A DNA stretch of 63,926 nucleotides, filler included, from Thraustochytrium aureum (taxonomy: Eukaryota), in assembly GCA_012862495.1 (NCBI GenBank). It is 9 parts of 4 records of this genome, joined end to end, with 100 filler letters (N's around TTAATTAATTAA, not from the genome) between each part and the next. Parts side by side here need not be neighbours in the genome. Positions count along the whole stretch, not along the records: positions 1,318 to 19,384 come from BLSG01000001.1; positions 19,485 to 37,906 come from BLSG01000001.1; 7 more parts are not named here. One strand, 5' to 3'. Shown here in pieces: positions 11,869 to 23,455 of the stretch (position 1 is its first letter; the number at the start of each line of letters is the position of its first letter). A program made the position numbers and the translations under genes. The notes below the pieces were generated by a model, which was not told the origin of the DNA, ran no database searches, and saw only the letters and a list, made by a program, of their open reading frames with translations.

Positions 11869-13013
11869 GTCTTCTTCCTCTTCTTCGTCGTCATCGTCTG
11901 CATCCGGCGGGCCAGCCGTGGTCTCCAAGAAGGCGAACAAAAAGGCTGCTGAGGCGAAGAGTGGTCCCGTGGAGCCCGGCAAAGCAGGCTCCAAGAAGAG
12001 GAAGCGCGAGGAGCCTGCCCGGAAGAAAGGCGGCGACTCAGAGGACCCGGACGAGTCGGACGGGAGCGACCACGAAGGCGGCAACTCGGACGACGAAGAT
12101 GCCAAGCGGCGCAAGTACTCGCAGAACATCGTGTTCGTCGGACAGCTCCCCTTCACCGTGTCCGCAGACCAGGTGAAAGAGCACTTCATCAAGAACGGCG
12201 TGCATGGCATCTCCTCGGTTCGCCTCCTGACCGACAAGAAAACGAAGCGATCGCGGGGCATCGCCTTCGTTGAGCTCCCGACGGCCAAGGACCTCGTTGG
12301 GGCACTTCGCTGCCACCACACCCGCCTCTTCGGACGCATGATCAACGTTGAGCGGACCTGCGGCGGCGGCGGAAACAACGATGACCGAAAGGGAAAGCTC
12401 GAAACGCTCCGACTGATGCAAAACAAAAAGGTGATCAAGGAGGTCAAGCTCAAGATCGAGGAGTTGCTCAACCTCAACCCCGGCACGAGCGTGCGGCTTG
12501 AGGACTTTGACGACCGGGCGATTGAGTCGCTCGGGACCTTCCCGAGAGAAACGATGGAGACCATTTTGACAGACTTTATGAATGCCGACAGCATTTCCGC
12601 CGTGGACAATCGGGCCGCGTGGCTCATGGGCATCATCCGCAGATATCGCGAGAAGCTGAAAGAGGGCGAGGACTACAAGCGCAAGGGCAACGAAAGCAAC
12701 GACCGCAACNNNNNNNNNNNNNNNNNNNNNNNNNNNNNNNNNNNNNNNNNNNNNNNNNNNNNNNNNNNNNNNNNNNNNNNNNNNNNNNNNNNNNNNNNNN
12801 NNNNNNNNNNNNNNNNNNNNNNNNNNNNNNNNNNNNNNNNNNNNNNNNNNNNNNNNNNNNNNNNNNNNNNNNNNNNNNNNNNNNNNNNNNNNNNNNNNNN
12901 NNNNNNNNNNNNNNNNNNNNNNNNNNNNNNNNNNNNNNNNNNNNNNNNNNNNNNNNNNNNNNNNNNNNNNNNNCGGCTCGCGCGGTGGCCGTGGTGGCTT
13001 TGGACGCGGTTAG
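11780..13013 (+). CDS. Nop6-like nucleolar RRM protein with S/acidic and K-rich N-terminus, hnRNP-Q acidic-domain-like module and RGG tail
   Basis: RNP2 IVFVGQLPF, RNP1 RGIAFVE, and HHTRLFGRMINVERTCGGGG. After the gap the sequence reads GSRGGRGGFGRG with TAG at 13011-13013. Confidence 0.8.
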
Positions 13014-13234
13014 CCGAACGCTGCGGCAACTCGGTCGAAATTCTGAACTGCATTTGGAATCCGAACACAGCTCGTCTTTTGTGAGGGAACGCGTGGCAAG
13101 ACGTTGCACGTCAGGCAAGCGCGCGGGAATCGAAACCAGTTTGAATCGCGCACAATAAACTTGAGCAGCCCCAACCCATAAAAGGTACTCTACACTTGTT
13201 TGTGTGTAAAATAGGCTCCCCGAGAGCAAACAGG

Positions 13235-14128
13235 TTAGGCCTTGCTCTCATCAAGCTTACCCTCCTGCGCACCGGCCTCGCCGCCGAGGAGCGACGGATA
13301 CCACTGCACCAGACAGGCACGGAGCTCGGCGTATGCCCGGTCGAGGTCGTCGTTAACGATCTTCTTGTCCACGTTGGTGGGATCCTCGAGCCAGGCCATC
13401 TCCTCCTTTGCGTTCTCGAGGCGCTGCGCGAGCTCGGCCTCCGTCTCGGTAGCGCGCGCGCGCAGGCGCTCCTCGAGGACCTCGAGCGAGGGCGGGGAAA
13501 TAAAGACGCACTTGGGGTTGAGCGACGTCTTGCGCACCGCGCGGACGCCTTGGATATCGATCTCGAGGATACAAACCTTGCCCTGGCTGCACACCTCCTG
13601 CACTGCGCTGATGCTCGTCCCGTAGATGTTCGAGTGCACGTGGGCGTACTCGATGAAGCGGCCCTGGTCGATGGCCTCTTGCATGGCCTCTGGGTTGGTG
13701 AAGTGGTAGTGCACGCCGTCTTCCTCGCCAGCGCGCGGCCGCCGCGTGGTGTGGCTGACCGAGAGCCCAAACCGGTCGCCAAACTCCTCGAACAGGCGCT
13801 TGACGAGGCTGCCCTTGCCGGCGCCGCTGGGGCCGCACAAGCAGAGCGGCGCGTTCGTGCTGGTGTTCTGCACAGGGAGGTAGTTTGCAAAGTAGTCTTT
13901 GGCGAAGCTGCGAATGTCCGACGGCTTCATCAACAACACCTGCGAGAGAAAGTCGCTCATGATGTGCTTGAGCTCCGGGTGTTCGTCCACATACTTGACA
14001 TGCTCATCCTTGAGCGCGTCCTTCCTCGAATTGAGCTCCGAGGCCTGCTGAAAGCTCAGGCTCGCGCTGCTCGCGCTGCCTGCGCTCCGCGCCGTGTTGA
14101 GCCCCGTTGCAGCACCGCCATCCGCCAT
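13235..14128 (-). CDS. Guanylate kinase with N-terminal RIIa/Dpy-30-like dimerisation-docking domain
   Basis: P-loop GPSGAGKGS, SVSHTTRRPRAGEEDGVHYHF, FIEYAHVHSNIYGTS, ILEIDIQG and IVNDDLDRAY. N-terminal YVDEHPELKHIMSDFLSQVLLMKPSDIRSFAKDYF. Confidence 0.92.
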   Translation of the reverse strand: MADGGAATGLNTARSAGSASSASLSFQQASELNSRKDALKDEHVKYVDEHPELKHIMSDFLSQVLLMKPSDIRSFAKDYFANYLPVQNTSTNAPLCLCGPSGAGKGSLVKRLFEEFGDRFGLSVSHTTRRPRAGEEDGVHYHFTNPEAMQEAIDQGRFIEYAHVHSNIYGTSISAVQEVCSQGKVCILEIDIQGVRAVRKTSLNPKCVFISPPSLEVLEERLRARATETEAELAQRLENAKEEMAWLEDPTNVDKKIVNDDLDRAYAELRACLVQWYPSLLGGEAGAQEGKLDESKA

Positions 14129-15283
14129 CCTGCCCGCCAAAGAAACGAACGCACACGCAGACAAACGCGGCTGAAGGCGCACGCACACCCGCCGCGCACG
14201 CTCCGCGCTCAGCACCGGCGCTCGCCGCGGTCCCTGCCTCCTGCCTCGCGGCCTCCCCTCCCGCGCGCACGCCTCAGCGCTGCTGTCCCCTGCGCGCGAA
14301 TGGGCTCTATACCGTCGTCTCCTGCTGCCAGGTCGTCTCTCTCCCTCCACAGGAGCCGTTGGCCCCCTATGCCCCAGGCCCACCACTCCCGCCTCCCCGC
14401 ACAATCCGCCCCCAAACCTAAAACCCGCAGGGCACACCCACNNNNNNNNNNNNNNNNNNNNNNNNNNNNNNNNNNNNNNNNNNNNNNNNNNNNNNNNNNN
14501 NNNNNNNNNNNNNNNNNNNNNNNNNNNNNNNNNNNNNNNNNNNNNNNNNNNNNNNNNNNNNNNNNNNNNNNNNNNNNNNNNNNNNNNNNNNNNNNNNNNN
14601 NNNNNNNNNNNNNNNNNNNNNNNNNNNNNNNNNNNNNNNNNNNNNNNNNNNNNNNNNNNNNNNNNNNNNNNNNNNNNNNNNNNNNNNNNNNNNNNNNNNN
14701 NNNNNNNNNNNNNNNNNNNNNNNNNNNNNNNNNNNNNNNNNNNNNNNNNNNNNNNNNNNNNNNNNNNNNNNNNNNNNNNNNNNNNNNNNNNNNNNNNNNN
14801 NNNNNNNNNNNNNNNNNNNNNNNNNNNNNNNNNNNNNNNNNNNNNNNNNNNNNNNNNNNNNNNNNNNNNNNNNNNNNNNNNNNNNNNNNNNNNNNNNNNN
14901 NNNNNNNNNNNNNNNNNNNNNNNNNNNNNNNNNNNNNNNNNNNNNNNNNNNNNNNNNNNNNNNNNNNNNNNNNNNNNNNNNNNNNNNNNNNNNNNNNNNN
15001 NNNNNNNNNNNNNNNNNNNNNNNNNNNNNNNNNNNNNNNNNNNNNNNNNNNNNNNNNNNNNNNNNNNNNNNNNNNNNNNNNNNNNNNNNNNNNNNNNNNN
15101 NNNNNNNNNNNNNNNNNNNNNNNNNNNNNNNNNNNNNNNNNNNNNNNNNNNNNNNNNNNNNNNNNNNNNNNNNNNNNNNNNNNNNNNNNNNNNNNNNNNN
15201 NNNNNNNNNNNNNNNNNNNNNNNNNNNNNNNNNNNNNNNNNNNNNNNNNNNNNNNNNNNNNNNNNNNNNNNNNNNNNNNNNNN

Positions 15284-15694
15284 GACCGGGGCGGATCTGC
15301 CGGGAAGCAGTGGGGCTTGGGCCGGTCTGTCCTGGTATTTAAAGGGCTTGCGACCACCATGCAGGTCCACCCGCCGTTCATGAGCGTCGGGGACGCGCGC
15401 GGTGGCGTCACGCTTCTAGACCTCGACACGCTCGAGATCCTCTCGTACTTTGCGGAGGTGCACAACCTGCCGATCACGGGCCTGTCGTCCCTGCCTGGCG
15501 CAGCGCTGGACGGCGGGACCTACATCGTTTCGGGAAGCATGGACAAGACACTCACGATGATTCCTGCCCGTCGGCCGCGCTTTCGTGGCCTCAGCCGCGT
15601 GCTGTTGCCGGTGGCGATAGTTTTGCTGATCCTGCTGCTGCGCGTCTTGCTCCTGACAGGTGGGGACGAGGACGGCTCCGAGAAGGAGCTGTGA
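15284..15694 (+). CDS. SEC12/PREB-like WD40 membrane protein, 3' end
   Basis: Last WD blade (VHNLPITGL...IVSGSMDKTL), then a basic patch, a single hydrophobic helix and a C-terminal EKEL. Confidence 0.7.
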   Translation, partial: DRGGSAGKQWGLGRSVLVFKGLATTMQVHPPFMSVGDARGGVTLLDLDTLEILSYFAEVHNLPITGLSSLPGAALDGGTYIVSGSMDKTLTMIPARRPRFRGLSRVLLPVAIVLLILLLRVLLLTGGDEDGSEKEL

Positions 15695-16002
15695 AGGCAA
15701 GCCCGTGGGGTGGGGGAAAGTGGGGGCTAATTAGCAACTGGCAGGCCCTCCGCTGCTCCGCTCGGTTTCGCGCAGGCCCATTCTTGAGAGCAAGCCCAGC
15801 TTGCTTGGGCTCGGCGCGCATTGTTTTTAGCTAAAGGATTGAAGGATTTCTTTTTCATCAAAAAATTCAATCAAACAGCGTCGAAGTTACGTACTGGTCG
15901 AACCTGAGCAGAGCCTCAAATCGAGTCAGGCCCTGCTCGGTTCACATTCTAGGGTGATGTTCATATGCAGACAGAGCGCGCAGATGCGAGCGTCACAGCG
16001 CT

Positions 16003-16066
16003 CCAATATCTCAAGAGCTGCTCTCGACGCAACCGCCCAATATCTCAAGAGCTGCTCTCGACGCAA
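16003..16066 (+). repeat. 30-bp direct repeat, two exact copies, period 34
   Basis: CCAATATCTCAAGAGCTGCTCTCGACGCAA at 16003-16032 and 16037-16066. Confidence 0.9.
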
Positions 16067-17639
16067 GCGCGACTCTGCAGCGAACCCATCGGAGCGCGCT
16101 CGCTCCAGGTGCTCGCGGCCCCCTCCCGAGCCATGGTCGCGGCCCGCGTCACGGCCTCCTGCGCCGCCTGGACCGCGGCGCCTAGCGCGGCGGCTCCGAC
16201 AACTGCCTGCTCAAGCTCGCCAAGGCCACGGGAGGCGTTGCCGCCGCCTCGGAGCAGTTGCTGGCGAAACCCGTCTCCGTCTCCATCGTTGTCGGCCCTC
16301 TCCGCCTCTGCCTCCGTGTCGCTCCCTTCGTCTGAGTCGTCGTCCTCGGCATACTGGGGAAGCCGCCGCCGGAGGAAAGAGGGCCGCCGTCGCCGCATTG
16401 GCGCAACGTCACTGAGCGCAAGCGTCGAGTCCGCGTCCGGCGTTACCTGCGACGCCGTGGACTCGCCCTCGCTCTTCGAGCCCTCGTCAAGCTCGAGCCG
16501 CTTTGGAGCAGGAGCGACATTGTGCGCGCTGTGCAAGGAGGGCTGCCGCGCGCGTTTGTTGCCTGGGAGATTCTTGCTCGGCGGGGCAAAAAAGGCCGCC
16601 AGAGCGTGGCAGTCCTTGGCCTGCACCATTTCGCGAGGAGGGACGAGGATGTCCTTTCCGCGCTGGAACGAGTCGATCCAATGGTAGAGAATCAGGCGAG
16701 CATGGCTCGGCATCGCCTCGTCTTTGATATTGACGAGCTCTGCGGCCTTGCGCGCGTCGTCGCCCTCCAGCCCCTCGAGCGCACCGTGAATGACCATGAG
16801 GGCTTGCATCGAACCCGATTTGGCTGCCAGTTGGCATGGGGTGTTTCCCTCCTGGTCGCGGGCGAAAACGCCCGCCCCGTGCTCGATGAGGGTGAGGGCG
16901 GTGACGCGGTGGCCCTGTTGGACGGCACAGTGTAGCGCAGTGGCCCCTTGTTTGAGACTGCAGTGACACTGGCTCCGTGCTTGATGAGCATCTCCACGAT
17001 GCTGTCGTGGCCTCCCTTTGCAGCGTAGAAGATGGGCGTGTGGCCAATGCAGTCGCGCGAGTCGTGCCTGGCGCCGTGCTTAAGGAGGAGCGCAGCGANN
17101 NNNNNNNNNNNNNNNNNNNNNNNNNNNNNNNNNNNNNNNNNNNNNNNNNNNNNNNNNNNNNNNNNNNNNNNNNNNNNNNNNNNNNNNNNNNNNNNNNNNN
17201 NNNNNNNNNNNNNNNNNNNNNNNNNNNNNNNNNNNNNNNNNNNNNNNNNNNNNNNNNNNNNNNNNNNNNNNNNNNNNNNNNNNNNNNNNNNNNNNNNNNN
17301 NNNNNNNNNNNNNNNNNNNNNNNNNNNNNNNNNNNNNNNNNNNNNNNNNNNNNNNNNNNNNNNNNNNNNNNNNNNNNNNNNNNNNNNNNNNNNNNNNNNN
17401 NNNNNNNNNNNNNNNNNNNNNNNNNNNNNNNNNNNNNNNNNNNNNNNNNNNNNNNNNNNNNNNNNNNNNNNNNNNNNNNNNNNNNNNNNNNNNNNNNNNN
17501 NNNNNNNNNNNNNNNNNNNNNNNNNNNNNNNNNNNNNNNNNNNNNNNNNNNNNNTTTATCAGCTGCAGGCACTCATGCGCTTGCCTGCCTGCGCTGCGGA
17601 CCTCAGCTGGCAGCACAGGTCGCTGACCGCGTTGCCCAT
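16045..17639 (-). CDS. Ankyrin-repeat protein with predicted N-myristoylation motif; spans a gap and indels
   Basis: Start MGNAVSDLCC at 17639. Ankyrin repeats GHTPIFYAAKGGHDSIVEMLIKHGA, ATALHCAVQQGH...LIEHGA and GNTPCQLAAKSG are read across an indel near 16945. Confidence 0.75.
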
Positions 17640-19484
17640 CGCTCGTTTTCAAACGACGCAGTCTTCCCCCACCCTCTACGAAGCGCAGGAGGCGTCGTTG
17701 CGGCTCTTCGCCCGGGGCACGGGCACCCGCCCTCGAGCCTGGGCGTCCGACCAGCAGGCCGGTGCCACGCCGCGGCGCTCTCCAGGCTTGCGCCCGTCCA
17801 AAACCGGGTCAACTCGCGCAGCCTCGCGCGTCCGACTCCTCTGAGAGTGTTGGAGTCTGTCAATCTATCTCCTCGGCCGCGAGGAGGCCGGCTGGTTTGC
17901 TGGCTTGCTGGCTGCTCGGCTGGCTGGCGGGCGGGCTGGCGGGCTGGCTGGCGGGCTGCTCGGCTGGCTGGCTGGCGGGCTATCTGGCTGGCTGGCTGGC
18001 TCGCGGGCTTGGCGGGCTGGCTGGCGTTGCGAGTTTGGCAGCGGGCAGCTGCTGGCGACCTCCCTCGCGCTCCCCCAGGGCCCGCGTGGCCTCAATGTCA
18101 CTCTCGCTCTCCCGTCCGAGCGCCGCCTTTTTGGTTTGGGTGGCCTCAAGAGTTGCGCACTTGAGCTGCCTGATGCGGGCTTCTGCCTCACACGAACCGA
18201 TGGGGGCGACTTGCAGCGCGGGGAGGTAGGCAGCGCAGTCGACAATGAGCGGCGCGCTGTGAGGGCGCCGTTGACGGCCGGCCTCAGCGCAGCGTCAAGC
18301 TCCGCGACGACCGCCGGGCTCTTGAGGGCAAGCCAAGCAAGCAGGATTCGTTCGGCTGCTATAAACGCCCTCCCTTGCGCTGACCGGAGCGCAGGAGCGC
18401 AAAAGCCATGCCAAACGCGGCTCAAGACCATACACAGTGCTTCAAGACTGCAGCGCCGCAGACTGCGCCAACTACGGGCGTCGACCGGTGCGTGACGCCA
18501 CCAACGCCTCCAAACGGGGCTGCTTCTTCGTTCAGCCGCTCCTGAGCGGCCGACTCAACTGCCACGCGAGCGCGTGTGCATCGGCGTCCTTCTCCGCACA
18601 AGTCTTGGACAGGGTGTCGCACATTACTCTTTGTTCCCCCACCAACAGGGCGCGCCAGGCCGACTTGCAGCGAGCGACGTCGGCCCAAGTACAGGCAGCA
18701 AGGCGGCAGCGGCCGCCTGGCCCGTCCCTCCCGCGCCGCCCGTCATCCTTCGAAATCGATCGCCAGACGCCAGCGCTCTGCCTGCCGAGGCTCGGAGCAA
18801 GCGCCCAAGCGCGTGAAGGAGGAGAACATCGGGCGCCTGCCTCGCTCGCGCTGTGCCAACCAACGAGCGGAGGAGGCAGCGGCTGGCTGGCAGCGTCAAG
18901 TTGCTGGCAGCCCGATGAGGCCGGCTTCCTTGCCGGCCACACAAAAGCGCAAGCTTGGGGCTTCGGGCGGCTTGCGCTCGGCACGAGGGGAAGCGCAACC
19001 GTCTGCGAACGATAAAACGCAGGCCTGGCAGGCGCCAGCTCAGGCGAGCAGCAATCAGGAGTGCCGGAGCAGCGGTGCATGCATTCCGCACTCTTGAGCT
19101 GCACGACCTTCACTGATCACACCGGCGCAGCTTCCATGTTCGGCGGAAAGTCCGCCTACTGCGTGCTGATGGGTTGGGTACACGGATCTGGTTGGCAGCG
19201 AGGCGAGTTGGCGGTGTTACTCGCTGGCTCGGGAGTCGGGAGGGAGGGTCGCCGCGGCCGGTGCGAGCGCCGGAAGGGGCTCCTGCGAAGACTTGGAATC
19301 TGTATCCACTGAGTACACCGTTTTCCCCCGAGCCAGCGCCCGGCGATTCTATTCCGCAGGGAGGCGGTTGCACCAAGCTCGAAANNNNNNNNNNNNNNNN
19401 NNNNNNNNNNNNNNNNNNNNNNNNNNNNTTAATTAATTAANNNNNNNNNNNNNNNNNNNNNNNNNNNNNNNNNNNNNNNNNNNN

Positions 19485-20235
19485 TCACCATGGGCATCTA
19501 CTGCGTCATGCTCGTCGCGCTAATGGGCTCCGCGCTCGCCGTGTACCGCGTCACGATAACAGACCGTCCGCCGCCCACTACGCGAATCCAACAATTGGGT
19601 CAGGACCTGCCGATGCCCTGAGTATTGTCTTTCGCATCGGTTGGTGGACGGACCACCGGCGGTACCACGAGATCTGTGCGCAGAGGTTGGCTTGCCGACG
19701 GCAAGCTCGGGACGGCCATGGCGATGTTGTGGCAGAAGCAGCCCCGCCGAGTGTGGAGGACTCGTTCATGTTCACCGTTCGGTTTCGCCTTGTGCGAGCC
19801 GCAGCGGCGGTGTTCTGGGCACAGTGCTTCATGTTCGTTGGGGTTGCCATCCTCATCTCCATTGCCGAGACGTCTGTGCTTGACAGTCCTATGCTGCCGG
19901 CCTTGCTCATCCTGGAACGCCTCATGTTTGGGTTTAGTGTCTTCATGTACGGTGTAGTCTTCAACTACTTTGATGTGCACACCGCGAGTCCCGTCGGGCG
20001 CGCTGCGGCGCCCAGGTCTCCGCGAGACGGGCCCGGCGAGTACTACGGGGAGAACGATTCGTTGTTGAACTCCACCCGAGTGGACCTGGAGGAGGAGGAG
20101 GAGGAGGAGGACGCGCCGGGATTTGCGAATGTGTCTGCCTCGCAAGGAGCGTTTGAGAATGCCCAGCCGCTCGAGAACGCCCAAGCCCTTGAGAGTGCCG
20201 AGCAAGCATCCGAGAAAGCGGTTGCAAACGCATAG
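19485..20235 (+). CDS. Hypothetical multi-pass membrane protein, 5' partial, acidic C-terminus
   Basis: Hydrophobic segments GIYCVMLVALMGSALAVY, VFWAQCFMFVGVAILISIA and LMFGFSVFMYGVVF, with one indel near 19575. Confidence 0.55.
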
Positions 20236-21139
20236 CAACCACGTTGTCCGCAAGCTCCGCGTAGCTGGTTGGCAGAGGCAAAGCAGAGGCAAAGCAGCCG
20301 AGAGAACCTCAGGGCGGGGCCGATCTCATTTAGTTTGCGTTTGCCATGTGTACATACATACTCCACTGCTCTACATACTACTGTTGCCTTAGCTGCTCTT
20401 GCTAGCTCTAGAGCTGCGAGCGAGCGCGAGAACAGATTGGTCGTGCCCGCTGCCGGTCCCCTCTCACAGCAGCAAGACGTCGAGTTCCCCGTGTGGTTCG
20501 GTCACACGCCCCTCCCCTTCGCGGTCGTTTGCATGCCACAGCGTGGAAAGCGAGACAGACCCGCCGCCGCCGCCGCCGCCCAAAAGCCGAGCACGGGCGC
20601 TATGAGGCTTGGCTGCGCCAGCGTCGCCCTTGCGCAGCGTCCCAAAAGGGCTAGAACGAGGCCGGCGCGACAAGCCCAGCAGCACACGACGGGGTCCCCG
20701 CTGCATCGCGGCAGCCTTGCCTGCCTCAAACCAAGCCGAGCAGACAAGAGCCGCGCCGTCCCGCGGAGACCTCGTCGAGCAAGAGCATCATGCCAANNNN
20801 NNNNNNNNNNNNNNNNNNNNNNNNNNNNNNNNNNNNNNNNNNNNNNNNNNNNNNNNNNNNNNNNNNNNNNNNNNNNNNNNNNNNNNNNNNNNNNNNNNNN
20901 NNNNNNNNNNNNNNNNNNNNNNNNNNNNNNNNNNNNNNNNNNNNNNNNNNNNNNNNNNNNNNNNNNNNNNNNNNNNNNNNNNNNNNNNNNNNNNNNNNNN
21001 NNNNNNNNNNNNNNNNNNNNNNNNNNNNNNNNNNNNNNNNNNNNNNNNNNNNNNNNNNNNNNNNNNNNNNNNNNNNNNNNNNNNNNNNNNNNNNNNNNNN
21101 NNNNNNNNNNNNNNNNNNNNNNNNNNNNNNNNNNNNNNN

Positions 21140-22114
21140 CGGCCTAGCCGCCTTTGTGCTCCGCACGGCGAGCTTGAGTCCCGTCGCAGTACGAGCACAG
21201 CTTGCTTGCTCCAAGGCTGTCTCCCCAAACCTGTCGCAGAGGTCGGGATCAGCCCCATAGTACAAAAGCGAGCGGCAAACCCGTAGGTGACCCTTGCGAG
21301 CTGCAAACAACAGCGGAGTCTCACCAAAAGCGCTCTGCGCGTCTGCGTGGGCGCCAAACAATAGCAAAAGCTCAACAACGTCGGCCCGCCCTCCATAGGC
21401 GGCCAGATGCAAGGGCGTCTCGCTGGTGTCTGTCGTCAAGTTTACGTTTGCTCCCCGCCGCAACAGTGCTAACGCAGATTCGGTGTGCCCAAGCCTGCAC
21501 GCAACGTGGAGTGCTGTCTGCCCGTCGGTTCCGCGTGCATTGCAGCTTACCCATGGGCCCTTGAGGAGCTCGCGAATTCGGTCGGCGTTTCCGACATCAG
21601 CAGCACGAAGCAGCTCCTCCGAGGCTTCGCCGTCCAACTGACAGAGCGTCGAGCAGTCTTCTGGTGCGACAAGTGCAGCTTCGGCCTGGTTTCCGCCAGT
21701 CGGCCGCTGCCACCGGGGCTCAGATCTTGCCAGCGACATTTTGTACGAAGCCAAGTCTGCTGCATCCTGGGCTGCTCTGCGCTTCCACGAGTGAAGGAAA
21801 ATCGCGCAGTCAGGCCTTGCGTGCTCTGGATCGACGAGCGCGAGGAGTTGGTCGCGAAGCCGGAGCTTGTTCTTTGGCGCCTGTGCTACTTCGGGGCGGT
21901 GCTGGACGCTTTTTTTCTCTTTCGTCCGCTGTGTCGCGATTTGACTTGCTCCACGCTCAGCCTCGCCCATCCGCCTCGCCACCGAGAACCGGGTTTTCCC
22001 TCCGCCACTTGGCTTTGCTAGCGGGCCTCTGGCCTCCTCGCGTCGCCTTTCTGATGGCGCCGTTGATGGTCGGTCCACGTCAAAGCGCCTGTATGCCCGC
22101 GACCAGTCGTCCAT
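21140..22114 (-). CDS. Ankyrin-repeat protein; 3' end in gap
   Basis: GQTALHVACRLGH, ETPLHLAAYGG, GETPLLFAARKGH and GETALEQA. Confidence 0.85.
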
Positions 22115-23455
22115 TTCCTCCTTGACCAAACGCCTTGCTGCCGGTCCTCCTCGAGGGCGATCGATTTTGTCGTCTGAAGTGCACTAGGCCAGGGCTTTCT
22201 GCACGAGGATCTGGGCAGCCGCGACGCGCAGTGCCGCGGCCTTGATGGCGCCCGAGCGAGAGAAACGTCACAGAAAACCCCTGAGGCTGGGTCCGGGGAA
22301 AAGAAAGGAAGGTAAACGTAAAAGACACCAGAGCACNNNNNNNNNNNNNNNNNNNNNNNNNNNNNNNNNNNNNNNNNNNNNNNNNNNNNNNNNNNNNNNN
22401 NNNNNNNNNNNNNNNNNNNNNNNNNNNNNNNNNNNNNNNNNNNNNNNNNNNNNNNNNNNNNNNNNNNNNNNNNNNNNNNNNNNNNNNNNNNNNNNNNNNN
22501 NNNNNNNNNNNNNNNNNNNNNNNNNNNNNNNNNNNNNNNNNNNNNNNNNNNNNNNNNNNNNNNNNNNNNNNNNNNNNNNNNNNNNNNNNNNNNNNNNNNN
22601 NNNNNNNNNNNNNNNNNNNNNNNNNNNNNNNNNNNNNNNNNNNNNNNNNNNNNNNNNNNNNNNNNNNNNNNNNNNNNNNNNNNNNNNNNNNNNNNNNNNN
22701 NNNNNNNNNNNNNNNNNNNNNNNNNNNNNNNNNNNNNNNNNNNNNNNNNNNNNNNNNNNNNNNNNNNNNNNNNNNNNNNNNNNNNNNNNNNNNNNNNNNN
22801 NNNNNNNNNNNNNNNNNNNNNNNNNNNNNNNNNNNNNNNNNNNNNNNNNNNNNNNNNNNNNNNNNNNNNNNNNNNNNNNNNNNNNNNNNNNNNNNNNNNN
22901 NNNNNNNNNNNNNNNNNNNNNNNNNNNNNNNNNNNNNNNNNNNNNNNNNNNNNNNNNNNNNNNNNNNNNNNNNNNNNNNNNNNNNNNNNNNNNNNNNNNN
23001 NNNNNNNNNNNNNNNNNNNNNNNNNNNNNNNNNNNNNNNNNNNNNNNNNNNNNNNNNNNNNNNNNNNNNNNNNNNNNNNNNNNNNNNNNNNNNNNNNNNN
23101 NNNNNNNNNNNNNNNNNNNNNNNNNNTGCCGCACGGCACAGCGCCGGGGCCACGAATGCGGCAGGCTCGGTAACGGCAACATATCCCTCAATTTATCTCA
23201 TTCCTGCGTTTTAGCGGGCGCCGGGGGTTTTTGCCCGGGATGCAGCCGCACAATAACGCGCCGCCAGCCAGACCCGAGCCGCCAGTCTGACAGGCGTTAA
23301 GGCAGGCGTCCAGGCAGGCGGGCAGGGCGGAAGCGAGGTTGCGCGCCTGGATACGTGCTTGCGCTCCTGTGGCTCGGCCCGGGCTTGGGCCACGCGGCTC
23401 AGCTGTGATTTTTTTTGACCTGTTTTGAACAAGGCCACCGTCTCGGCGGCGTCGC

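Noticed and set aside
17850..19384. Several overlapping 150-200 aa ORFs and a (GGCT)n tract
   Set aside because: Low-complexity, R/A/P-rich translations with no consistent frame or motif, so no gene can be supported.
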